A stretch of 60,617 nucleotides of DNA from an uncultured Lachnospiraceae bacterium (lineage in GTDB: Bacteria > Bacillota > Clostridia > Lachnospirales > Lachnospiraceae). The notes under the pieces were generated by a model. That model was not told where the DNA came from. It did not search any database and was given only the letters and a program-made list of their open reading frames with translations. The position numbers and the translations under genes were made by a program. Numbering within the stretch: the first letter of the stretch is position 1; each line of letters starts with the position of its first letter. The stretch is from assembly GCA_904420225.1 (NCBI GenBank), contig CAJFUP010000048.1, positions 1-60,617 of the forward strand, written 5' to 3'. This document shows, piece after piece, positions 38,744 through 47,606 of this stretch.

Positions 38744-39298
38744 ATGAATAGCAGTATCATCATCGTATTGCCGAAATTGGAAGATGCGAAGAAAATCCAT
38801 GGAATTCTCAACCGCCATGGATTTTCCGTTGCAGGCGTTTATAACACAGCTGCCCATGCACTGGCCGGGGCATCGGAACTGGACGGGGGAATCGTCATCA
38901 GCGGCTGCCGTCTTTCCGATATGAGCTGTGTTCAGCTGAGGGAATATCTTACCAGTACATTTGAACTATTGGTGATCGGATCGGAGAGAGCGTTGGCAGG
39001 GGTTCCGGAATCCATTCTGAAGGTCCAGGCGCCCATGAAGGTATTGGATCTGATCAATACCGTGGAAATGGTGCTGGCCCAGCAGGAACGCCGGAGGAAA
39101 AAAGAGAGAAGCAAGCCCAAACCCCGTTCCTGGAAAGAACAGAATTATATTAACAATGCCAAACGCCTCCTGATGGAGAGAAATCATCTCTCGGAGGAGG
39201 AGGCGTTTCGCTATATTCAGAAAAGCAGCATGGACTCTGGCACCAACATGGTGGAAACGGCACAGATGATTCTGATGCTGATGATTTATGAAGACTGA
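38744..39298 (+). CDS. ANTAR-domain antiterminator with pseudo-receiver domain (NitR-like)
   Basis: C-terminal INNAKRLLMERNHLSEEEAFRYIQKSSMDSGTNMVETAQMI ANTAR signature; receiver-like N-terminus lacking the acidic pocket. Confidence 0.93.
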   Translation: MNSSIIIVLPKLEDAKKIHGILNRHGFSVAGVYNTAAHALAGASELDGGIVISGCRLSDMSCVQLREYLTSTFELLVIGSERALAGVPESILKVQAPMKVLDLINTVEMVLAQQERRRKKERSKPKPRSWKEQNYINNAKRLLMERNHLSEEEAFRYIQKSSMDSGTNMVETAQMILMLMIYED

Positions 39299-39432
39299 AT
39301 GTTTGACTTTACAGTTGGTGCCCGATTATTGTTCCCAAGCGGGCTTGGATGGGGCGCTGTTTTTTTGGCATTTGCAGCACTGCCTGGGGACAGGAAGAAT
39401 AGGAAGAAATGACAGTTCCATGGACAGACCTC

Positions 39433-40200
39433 CTACAATAGGCTGGCGCTGTCCTGGTCCAGATACAGCACCGGATCCGAGCAGACGCGCAGAACCGTGG
39501 CAGGACAGGTAGTGCCGATGGGAGCTTCCAAAGCGGCTTTCACAGCGTTGGCCTTGGCGCGTGCGGGCACGATACATAGATGATGGGCAGCGCTGGCCAA
39601 GGTGGGCACGGTCAGCGTGATGGCTGTTTCGGGGACTTGATCCAGAGAGGGGAAACAGCCGTCGTGAACCTGCTGCATGCGGCATATGGGATCCAAAACC
39701 ACTGGTTTCACAGCCTTTGGATCTTCCAGATCCGCCGTGGAAGGAGCGTTGAAAGCAATGTGTCCGTTCTCTCCGATGCTCAGAAATACCACATCCAGAG
39801 GCGCTTCTTTCAGGAGAGCGGCGTATCGTTCACATTCTGCGTCTGTATCCGCGGCATTGCCGTTGATATAATGGACTGAGCCGAAGGGAAGGCGGTCAAA
39901 AATAGCGCGTCGCAGAAAGTTGCCGAATCCCTGGGGCGCGTCGGGCCGCAGTCCCACGTACTCATCCATATGAAAGGCGGTTACACGGCTCCAATCCACA
40001 TGGGGGACCTGGCACAGAGCCTCCAAAAATTCATTCTGAGATGGGGCGGCGGCGAAGACGACACGCACAGTTTCCTGTTTCTCCAGAAGCCGACGCAGCA
40101 AAGCGGCCCCCTCTTTGGCTGCGGCACTGGCCATGGCCTGTCGGGTGTCGTGAATCTGTACGGAAAGATTTCCTTTTGTTAAGTATTTCATGAGAGCCAT
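39433..40200 (-). CDS. Glucosamine-6-phosphate deaminase / 6-phosphogluconolactonase-family protein
   Basis: VVFAAAPSQ, AFHMDEYVG, IGENGHIAFN and AITLTVP motifs; RBS GGAGG. Confidence 0.85.
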   Translation of the reverse strand: MALMKYLTKGNLSVQIHDTRQAMASAAAKEGAALLRRLLEKQETVRVVFAAAPSQNEFLEALCQVPHVDWSRVTAFHMDEYVGLRPDAPQGFGNFLRRAIFDRLPFGSVHYINGNAADTDAECERYAALLKEAPLDVVFLSIGENGHIAFNAPSTADLEDPKAVKPVVLDPICRMQQVHDGCFPSLDQVPETAITLTVPTLASAAHHLCIVPARAKANAVKAALEAPIGTTCPATVLRVCSDPVLYLDQDSASLL

Positions 40201-40512
40201 AAAAACCTCCTGAATTTGAGATGTTGGGGAAAAATATAGAGTTTCCGTGTTGTTTTCCATATGATATAATGAGGTAAGATCCGCCGGACAAAAGATATCA
40301 TTTCCGTCGGCCACAATTTTATTTTCGCATTCTCCCAGATGGTTGTCAAGCCAAATCCGAGGCAGGGGCGCAAATGGAAGAACCATACGTGTGAGATAAA
40401 TAGAGGACAGAAGGAGACGAAAGAGCGGATATGGGAGGAAACTGGATTAAGAGGGGAAAACATTGTGAAAAACAGAATGGAAAAGAAAGCACTTATTAAA
40501 GAGGAACACGCC

Positions 40513-41673
40513 ATGACAGCGGAGAGGGGAAAAGCATTCGGGCCGACAAAGAAGCTTCTGGGAGTCCTGACATTTTTGAAAAAGGATCCTGTCCTAACGG
40601 TTTCTTGGATTCTCGCCATAGGGTCAGCCTTCTGGATCCCTCCGGACAGCGCGTATTTGGACTATTTGGATCTTCAGACTTTGGGGCTTTTATTTTGCCT
40701 TATGACCATTACAGGCGGCCTGCAAAATATGGGAATTTTCTCGCGAATTGGAGGAAATTTGATCCGTCATGTGGCCAACACGGCATCCCTGGCCGGGATA
40801 TTGGTGGCGCTTTGCTTTTTTTCCAGTATGATCATAACCAATGATGTGGCGCTGATTACCTTTGTCCCATTCACCATGGTGATCTTGGATATGGTGGGAA
40901 AGAAAGAAAAAATGATTCCTGTTGTAACCATGCAGACCATTGCGGCTAATCTGGGAAGCATGGTTACTCCCATTGGAAATCCCCAGAATTTATATTTATA
41001 TTCTCAGACAGATATGGGGCTGATTCCCTTTATAAGGATAACCCTTCCCTATGCCGCTGTAACGGCGTTTTTTTTGCTGCTGTTTCTGGCCGTACAAAAA
41101 AAAGAAAAGATTCATCATGTGGAAATTCGGATGGACAGGCAAGTTCGCAGCAGGAAAAAAGAGTGGATGTATGCGTTCTTGTTTCTTCTGGCATTGGGGG
41201 TGATTATACGCTTGATTCCCATGGCGCCCGTGTTTTTCCTCACGGCAGTGGCAGTGGCGGTGGCGGACCGAAATGCCCTGAAAAAGGTGGATTATGCCCT
41301 ACTATTGACGTTCATCGGATTTTTTATTTTCATCGGAAATATGAAGCGAATTCCCTGGTTTTGCCAGATGCTGACGGAGGTTGTGAAAGGAAATGAAGTA
41401 TTGACAGCGGTGATCACCAGCCAGGTGATCAGCAATGTTCCCAGCGCCCTTTTGCTTTCTGGATTTACGGACAAAGTGCGCGAACTGGTGATCGGCACCA
41501 ATCTGGGCGGTCTGGGAACACTGATTGCCTCCATGGCGAGTTTAATTTCTTATAAACAAGTGGTTTTGCGGTTTCCAGAAAGAAAAGGGGCTTATTTAAT
41601 CTATTTCACAGTGGCAAACGTGGTTCTCTTGGCCATTCTTTTGGCATTCCACTATTTGGTTATGGCATACTAG
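40513..41673 (+). CDS. ArsB/NhaD/CitM-like (ion transporter superfamily) permease
   Basis: Multiple TM helices; SMIITNDVALITF, AANLGSMVTPIGNPQN, ISNVP and NLGGLGTLIASMAS motifs; start uncertain. Confidence 0.85.
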   Translation: MTAERGKAFGPTKKLLGVLTFLKKDPVLTVSWILAIGSAFWIPPDSAYLDYLDLQTLGLLFCLMTITGGLQNMGIFSRIGGNLIRHVANTASLAGILVALCFFSSMIITNDVALITFVPFTMVILDMVGKKEKMIPVVTMQTIAANLGSMVTPIGNPQNLYLYSQTDMGLIPFIRITLPYAAVTAFFLLLFLAVQKKEKIHHVEIRMDRQVRSRKKEWMYAFLFLLALGVIIRLIPMAPVFFLTAVAVAVADRNALKKVDYALLLTFIGFFIFIGNMKRIPWFCQMLTEVVKGNEVLTAVITSQVISNVPSALLLSGFTDKVRELVIGTNLGGLGTLIASMASLISYKQVVLRFPERKGAYLIYFTVANVVLLAILLAFHYLVMAY

Positions 41674-41683
41674 CCGCAGAGCG

Positions 41684-42301
41684 TCATGTAGTATAACCGA
41701 TGCGGACGGGATCATACTCCACTGTATACTGCCTGAAGGCATTGACAATGGTGGTGTTTTTATACTGGGTAATCCGCTTGTAATTTCCGCCATACGTAGC
41801 GTGGACATGCCCGTGGAAAAAATATGACGGACTATATTCATCCATTAAGTTTACAAAAGCTTCAAAACCCATATGGGGCAGGTCATCGCTGTCATTGATC
41901 TTAAAGGCCGGGGAGTGGGTCAGCAAAATATCAAAGCCCTTATGGCGGCGCAGTGAAAACCATAGACGGCGCACGCGCTTATTCATTTCTTTTTGGGAAA
42001 ATTGATGGGGGCCGTCCTTATAGCGCATGGATCCCCCCAGTCCCAGGATTCGCACACCTTTGTGAACATAGATCTGATTTTCAATGCAGAGACACCCTTC
42101 CGGCGGGGATGTTTCATAGCAGCCGTCATGGTTGCCATGGACATAGAGAACAGGGGCACTGGTAAATGTGGCGATAAAGGAGAGATAGTGGGGGGACAAA
42201 TCCCCGCAGGATAAAATCAAATCAATTCCCTCCAGCTTACTCCTGTCGAAATAGTCCCATAACGATTTGCACTCTTCATCTGCCAGTACAAGTATTTTCA
42301 T
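41684..42301 (-). CDS. Calcineurin-like metallophosphoesterase
   Basis: MKILVLADE, LSCGDL, VHGNHD, LLTHSP and FHGHVH motifs; ATGA overlap with the upstream gene. Confidence 0.92.
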   Translation of the reverse strand: MKILVLADEECKSLWDYFDRSKLEGIDLILSCGDLSPHYLSFIATFTSAPVLYVHGNHDGCYETSPPEGCLCIENQIYVHKGVRILGLGGSMRYKDGPHQFSQKEMNKRVRRLWFSLRRHKGFDILLTHSPAFKINDSDDLPHMGFEAFVNLMDEYSPSYFFHGHVHATYGGNYKRITQYKNTTIVNAFRQYTVEYDPVRIGYTT

Positions 42302-44241
42302 AAGTATACTCCATCCTTCTGTAAATCTTTTACTCCAACTCCCTGGAGCCGCACAATGGCCTGGGCCTCCGCTGAAAGCTCTTCCATGGAAGGAAAAGAA
42401 CCAATGACATTGTTGTTGAGCCAGTCCATATGAATAATTTCCTCCGGCGTAAGGGCGGTGTTTTCATCGCTGTGTACAACACCTGACTGGGATGTCAGGA
42501 TGCCGCTGAAAGGATTGAAATCCCCGGAAATGATATTGTTTTTTATCATTTCCACAAGGCGCTTTGTCCCGGCGGGAAGTTTTTGGGAATAAATAATATC
42601 AATAACATCGGCAGACATTCCCCACCAGTAATTGATGGCGTGCAAGCCTTCTTCCGTGTTATCCTCATCTTTCCAAGTCCCATTAAGAACCGTTTCAATG
42701 AGTTTTTTATAGAATACACCCCAGTGCCATACGGGCATAGCAATATTATCCATGTCTTTTCCGTTATAATGGCTCAAGCCAAAACGCCGATTTTTCAGGC
42801 CGGGAGTAATCAGATCCTGACTGGAGATGTAGGTGATTCCCCGGGAACGGAAATCATTGATGATGGTATTTTGACTTTTTACGGTACTCCATTCCAGAAA
42901 GACGCATGCCTTGGGGTTCACCATCTGTGCGCCCAGTGCAAAGGCATTGATTCCGGCAGTGATGCCGCAAATGGGGTAATCGGCGATATATCCGATTTTT
43001 CCGTTGTCAGCCAGAGAACCGGCAATAATACCTGCCAAAAACTTGGCTTCGTGAAGGCGGGCATAGTAGGTTCGTATATATCTATGGGGGCAATAAAGAG
43101 AACAGTTAAGGATCTTGGTCTCTGGATGACTGACGGCAGCCTTTAAACTGGCCTCCATGAATTGGGGAGTGGTGGTGAAGATGATATCATTCTCTTCATT
43201 GGCTGCTTTTTCCACCGCTTCATCGGCGGATTCTCCGGGCGTCACATTATCCGTGCACGAAGTTTCGATCTGATCGCCGAACGTTTCTTCCAGATAGAAA
43301 CGTCCCAGCTCATGACCGTATGTCCAGCTGGACGTCTCTGCCGTCTTGTCGTGGATAAAGGCAATCTTCAGCTTTTTCGTGCTGGGGGACCAGAGACGGC
43401 CAAAAAATGTTTTTTTGGGCTCTTCAGAAGGATTCAGGAGCAGCTCCACCGAGCGGTTTTGATCCAACAAAACGATTTCATCCCAGATCTTTTCCAGTTC
43501 TTCGGACATCTGAGAGGGAAGTTTTTCCGTCATGTCCTCATATCCATATATATTTAGATATATGAGCATTGCATCGGCGGGAGTGATGGAGAGACGTTTT
43601 CCGCCTCGTTCCTGAAAGGCTTTGGCAAAACGATAGTAACAGGAACGGAAATCTTCTTTCTGCCGTTCTGTCCATGCCGATGAGGAATCAGGGCTGACAA
43701 ACTGCAAAAGTTTGGCAAAGCCTCCCTCATTGCTGAACCAAATGTAATTAATGTTGGTGATTTTGTAAAAATCCAAAAATTCGTAGTAGATCTTATTTTC
43801 CTTTTCATCGGTGCGTTTGGGAATGATCCTGGTGACAATGCCGGGGATAGTGACAGCATCGAAATATTTTAGGACGCTGACCCGTTTGTTCCCCTCCACC
43901 ACATAAAACCGGTTCATGAATTCGTAGGCTTTGATGGGATCGCGAATCCCTTCTGAGAGGTGGGAGTCGCAAAGAGAAGCCCATTTATAGGCAAACTCTG
44001 TCCCTGGATTTAAAAGGGGCATGAAATTGGGAGCAAAAGCAGTTCGCCTTCCCACAGCATATGTGCCAACAATCAGATCAATGGGAATCTGTACCAACCC
44101 CAGGGGGACTTCCGAAACCGTATCGGTGTGAGAGAGAATCTCTTCCAGAACCTGCAGGTATGGATACGATCCCCGCATCAGGTGTTCCTGATACGATTTT
44201 TCTCCTCTTCGCAGTGCTTTATTGTAATCACTAAATGACAT
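42298..44241 (-). CDS. ParB/Srx-like N-terminal domain fused to BMP-family ligand-binding domain (no signal peptide)
   Basis: N-terminal IVGT...RR.AF..NFMP...KW...DPIKAYE...FYVVEGNKRVSV; C-terminal KIAFIH...SWTYGHELG...KIGYIADYP...INAFALGAQMVNP BMP pattern. Confidence 0.8.
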   Translation of the reverse strand: MSFSDYNKALRRGEKSYQEHLMRGSYPYLQVLEEILSHTDTVSEVPLGLVQIPIDLIVGTYAVGRRTAFAPNFMPLLNPGTEFAYKWASLCDSHLSEGIRDPIKAYEFMNRFYVVEGNKRVSVLKYFDAVTIPGIVTRIIPKRTDEKENKIYYEFLDFYKITNINYIWFSNEGGFAKLLQFVSPDSSSAWTERQKEDFRSCYYRFAKAFQERGGKRLSITPADAMLIYLNIYGYEDMTEKLPSQMSEELEKIWDEIVLLDQNRSVELLLNPSEEPKKTFFGRLWSPSTKKLKIAFIHDKTAETSSWTYGHELGRFYLEETFGDQIETSCTDNVTPGESADEAVEKAANEENDIIFTTTPQFMEASLKAAVSHPETKILNCSLYCPHRYIRTYYARLHEAKFLAGIIAGSLADNGKIGYIADYPICGITAGINAFALGAQMVNPKACVFLEWSTVKSQNTIINDFRSRGITYISSQDLITPGLKNRRFGLSHYNGKDMDNIAMPVWHWGVFYKKLIETVLNGTWKDEDNTEEGLHAINYWWGMSADVIDIIYSQKLPAGTKRLVEMIKNNIISGDFNPFSGILTSQSGVVHSDENTALTPEEIIHMDWLNNNVIGSFPSMEELSAEAQAIVRLQGVGVKDLQKDGVYL

Positions 44242-44439
44242 GTATTTACCTCAACTTTCCGTGATGGGAAAATGCTGAAAACGCATTTCCCCATTTACAA
44301 GGATTGTTCCATCACTACAATATACGCAGAACAATCTCTTTGTCAAGGCAATTTTGCGGGACAGGAATCAGTATCCAGCCTGAAACGCCATTTCCCTTCT
44401 GCTCCAACGTGGGCGGGCGCATACCGGTCATTTATTTGG

Positions 44440-44467
44440 TTGCAATTTCCCCGATTTATGATATACT
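44440..44467 (+). promoter_or_regulatory. Putative sigma-A promoter of the pyrH operon
   Basis: TTGCAA (44440-44445)-16-TATACT (44462-44467) with extended TG. Confidence 0.6.
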
Positions 44468-44545
44468 AAGGAAAAGATGCGGGGACAGACAGGTTTAAAC
44501 CCTGCGCCAAATCAGGAGAAGCAATGAATTGAAGAGAGGTACCTT

Positions 44546-45250
44546 ATGGATAAGACGAGGAGAGTTTTGCTGAAGCTCAGCGGCGAGGCGCTGGCCGGTC
44601 CCAAGAAAACAGGTTTTGATGAAGAAACGGTGAAAGGTGTGGCCGAGCAGGTGAAAGCATCTGTACAGAAAGGCGTGCAGGTGGGAATCGTCATCGGCGG
44701 GGGAAATTTTTGGCGAGGAAGACAAAGCGATGCCATCGATCGTCCCAAGGCAGATCAGATTGGGATGCTGGCCACTGTTATGAACTGTATTTATGTATCG
44801 GAGATTTTTCGCACAGCAGGTATGAAAACAGAGATTTTCACACCGTTTCTCTGCGGGTCTATGACAAAGCTGTTTTCCAAGGATGCGGCCAATGAGGCGT
44901 TTGCCCAGGGAAAAGTCGTTTTTTTCGCCGGTGGTACCGGTCATCCGTATTTTTCCACAGATACGGGGATTGTGCTTCGTGCCATTGAGATGGAGGCTGA
45001 CATCATTCTGCTGGCCAAGGCCATTGACGGCGTGTATGACAGCGATCCGGCGGTGAATCCCAATGCTCAAAAGTATCATGAGATTTCCATTCAGGAAGTG
45101 GTGGACAAACGTCTTGGAGTCATTGATTTGACGGCATCCATTATGTGTTTGGAAAACCATATGCCGCTGGCTGTTTTTGGACTCAGCGGGGAAGACAGTA
45201 TTTCCAATGCCATGGAAGGAAAAATCACGGGAACTATTGTGACCGCCTAG
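44546..45250 (+). CDS. pyrH: UMP kinase
   Basis: RVLLKLSGEAL, IGGGNFWRG, GTGHPYFSTD and DGVYDSDP motifs. Confidence 0.98.
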   Translation: MDKTRRVLLKLSGEALAGPKKTGFDEETVKGVAEQVKASVQKGVQVGIVIGGGNFWRGRQSDAIDRPKADQIGMLATVMNCIYVSEIFRTAGMKTEIFTPFLCGSMTKLFSKDAANEAFAQGKVVFFAGGTGHPYFSTDTGIVLRAIEMEADIILLAKAIDGVYDSDPAVNPNAQKYHEISIQEVVDKRLGVIDLTASIMCLENHMPLAVFGLSGEDSISNAMEGKITGTIVTA

Positions 45251-45319
45251 CCAATCAATGTGATGCGTCAGCGAAACGGAAGCTGCGCGGGAATAAATCA
45301 GAATGGGAGAGAATAGAAT

Positions 45320-45874
45320 ATGAACGAAGCAATTGCGAAATATGAAGATAAGATGAAGAAAACTCTAAACGGTCTGGAAGCTGAGTTTGCCACCATCCGT
45401 GCGGGCAGAGCAAACCCCAATGTGCTCAACAAGATTATGGTGGAATATTACGGGGTGCCCACGCCCATGCAGCAGGTGGCCAATATCTCTGTTCCGGAAG
45501 CCAGAATGATCCAGATCCAGCCCTGGGAGAAGTCGCTGATTAAAGCCATAGAGAAAGCAATTCTTGCCTCGGATTTGGGAATTACTCCGTCCAATGACGG
45601 ACATGTGATTCGTCTGGTTTTCCCGGAATTGACTGAGGAGCGCAGAAAAGAGCTGGTTAAAGATATCAGGAAAAAGGGAGAAGCCGCCAAGGTGGCTGTC
45701 CGCAATGTGCGCCGCGATGCCAACGATGCTCTTAAGAAGCAGAATAAAGCCAACGAAATTACAGAGGATGATGTGAAAGAAGGCGAAGAGCAGATTCAAA
45801 AGATGACAGACAAATTTGTCGCAGAGATTGACAAGGCGGTGGAGAGTAAATCAAAGGAAATCATGACAGTATAA
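45320..45874 (+). CDS. frr: Ribosome recycling factor
   Basis: IRAGRANP, VEYYG, LGITPSNDG, PELTEERRKELVK and VRNVRRDAND motifs. Confidence 0.98.
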   Translation: MNEAIAKYEDKMKKTLNGLEAEFATIRAGRANPNVLNKIMVEYYGVPTPMQQVANISVPEARMIQIQPWEKSLIKAIEKAILASDLGITPSNDGHVIRLVFPELTEERRKELVKDIRKKGEAAKVAVRNVRRDANDALKKQNKANEITEDDVKEGEEQIQKMTDKFVAEIDKAVESKSKEIMTV

Positions 45875-46013
45875 AACTGTTTTCATGGGATTGGAAGCTC
45901 TGTCCTGATGGACAGACGCCGTCCCATGAGTTTTAAACTGGGAATGCATGAAATGGGGTGGGTGAATGCCTGCCCTTTTTTAGGAGATGAGAGACGTCAG
46001 AAAAGGAGAAGCG

Positions 46014-46730
46014 ATGGAACAAGAGAGAAAAATTCCTGCCCATGTGGCCATTATCCTGGACGGCAATGGACGTTGGGCCAAAAAGAGGGGACTTCCCAGA
46101 ACCATGGGGCATACCGAAGGCTGTAAGGTGGTGGAACAGACAGTGGAGGATGCCGCAAGGCTTGGCATCCGCTATTTGACTGTATACGCGTTCTCCACGG
46201 AGAACTGGAAGCGCTCAGAGGAAGAAGTGGGAGCATTGATGCAGCTGTTTCGTTATTATATGAAAAGGCTGTTGAAGGTGGCTGTGAAGAATAATGTCAG
46301 GGTTTTGATGATTGGAGAGAGAAGTCGTTTTGCGCCGGATATTGTGGCCGGTATTGACGCGCTGGAGGAACAGACAAAGCAAAATACAGGTTTGACATTT
46401 GTAATAGCCGTTAATTATGGCGCCAGGGACGAGATGCGCCGAGCAGTGACGAAAATAGCCCGCGAAGTGCAGGAGGGAATTTTGGCCCCGGAAGATATTT
46501 CTGAAGACGTCATCAGCAGCCATTTGGATACTGCTAAGATACCGGATCCGGATTTGCTGATCCGTACCAGCGGGGAGTTGCGACTTTCCAATTTCCTCTT
46601 GTGGCAGTGTGCTTACACAGAGTTTTATGTCACAGAGATTTATTGGCCGGATTTCAATAAGGAAGAGCTTTTGAAAGCCATCGATAGTTATAATCTTCGC
46701 GACAGGCGATACGGCGGGGTGAAAAAGTAA
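46014..46730 (+). CDS. uppS: Undecaprenyl diphosphate synthase
   Basis: HVAIILDGNGRWA, YAFSTENWKR and DLLIRTSGELRLSNFLLWQ motifs. Confidence 0.98.
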   Translation: MEQERKIPAHVAIILDGNGRWAKKRGLPRTMGHTEGCKVVEQTVEDAARLGIRYLTVYAFSTENWKRSEEEVGALMQLFRYYMKRLLKVAVKNNVRVLMIGERSRFAPDIVAGIDALEEQTKQNTGLTFVIAVNYGARDEMRRAVTKIAREVQEGILAPEDISEDVISSHLDTAKIPDPDLLIRTSGELRLSNFLLWQCAYTEFYVTEIYWPDFNKEELLKAIDSYNLRDRRYGGVKK

Positions 46731-46746
46731 GAGGAAGGGTGGTCCT

Positions 46747-47586
46747 ATGGCAGAAAAGAAAAAGATTGATAAAAAATCCTTTACCGTCCGGCTCATCAGC
46801 GGCATTGTACTGGTATTGCTGGCACTGCTGACAGTGCCGCGGGGCGGTGCCGTGTTGCTGGCAGTGGTGGCAGCCATATCGCTGATTGGTATCAGTGAAC
46901 TATACCATGTTTTTGGGATTCACAATAAGCTGCTGGGATTGGTGGGATATGCCGGGGCTGCGGCCTATTATCTTTTCCTGTTTTTAGATAAAGAGAATTT
47001 GGTTCTTCCCCTTTTGGTGGGTGTGTTTATCCTTTGTATGGCTGTCTATGTGTTTTCTTTTCCCAAATTCGGCACGGAGCAGGTGATGGGGGTATTTTTC
47101 GGACTGTTCTATGCAGGGATTTTATTATCATTTCTCTATCTCACCAGAGAAATGAAAGATGGCATTTACCTGGTATGGCTGATTTTTTTAAGTTCTTGGG
47201 GATGTGACACATCGGCCTATTGTGTGGGCATTCTCCTGGGGAAGCATAAAATGGCGCCGGTGCTGAGTCCCAAAAAGACTGTGGAGGGAGCCGTGGGCGG
47301 GGTCATTGGATCCGGCCTGTTGGGCTGTGCCTATGGAGTGTTTTTTGGCCAACAGATGGTGGAATTTTCCCATCCGGCTTTGGAGTGCGCCGCCATCTGC
47401 ATGGTGGGTGCTCTGATTTCCCAAGTTGGGGATTTGGCGGCTTCGGCCATCAAAAGAAATCATGGGATCAAGGATTATGGAAAGATTATTCCAGGGCATG
47501 GCGGAATCATGGATCGGTTTGACAGTATTATATTTACTGCGCCGATGATCTATTATGCGGCCATGCTGCTGCAGACGGTTATTTGA
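46747..47586 (+). CDS. cdsA: Phosphatidate cytidylyltransferase
   Basis: SPKKTVEG and GDLAASAIKR...IKDYG.IIPGHGGIMDRFDS motifs. Confidence 0.97.
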   Translation: MAEKKKIDKKSFTVRLISGIVLVLLALLTVPRGGAVLLAVVAAISLIGISELYHVFGIHNKLLGLVGYAGAAAYYLFLFLDKENLVLPLLVGVFILCMAVYVFSFPKFGTEQVMGVFFGLFYAGILLSFLYLTREMKDGIYLVWLIFLSSWGCDTSAYCVGILLGKHKMAPVLSPKKTVEGAVGGVIGSGLLGCAYGVFFGQQMVEFSHPALECAAICMVGALISQVGDLAASAIKRNHGIKDYGKIIPGHGGIMDRFDSIIFTAPMIYYAAMLLQTVI

Positions 47587-47606
47587 GCGGAAAATAGAGG
47601 TGAAAA

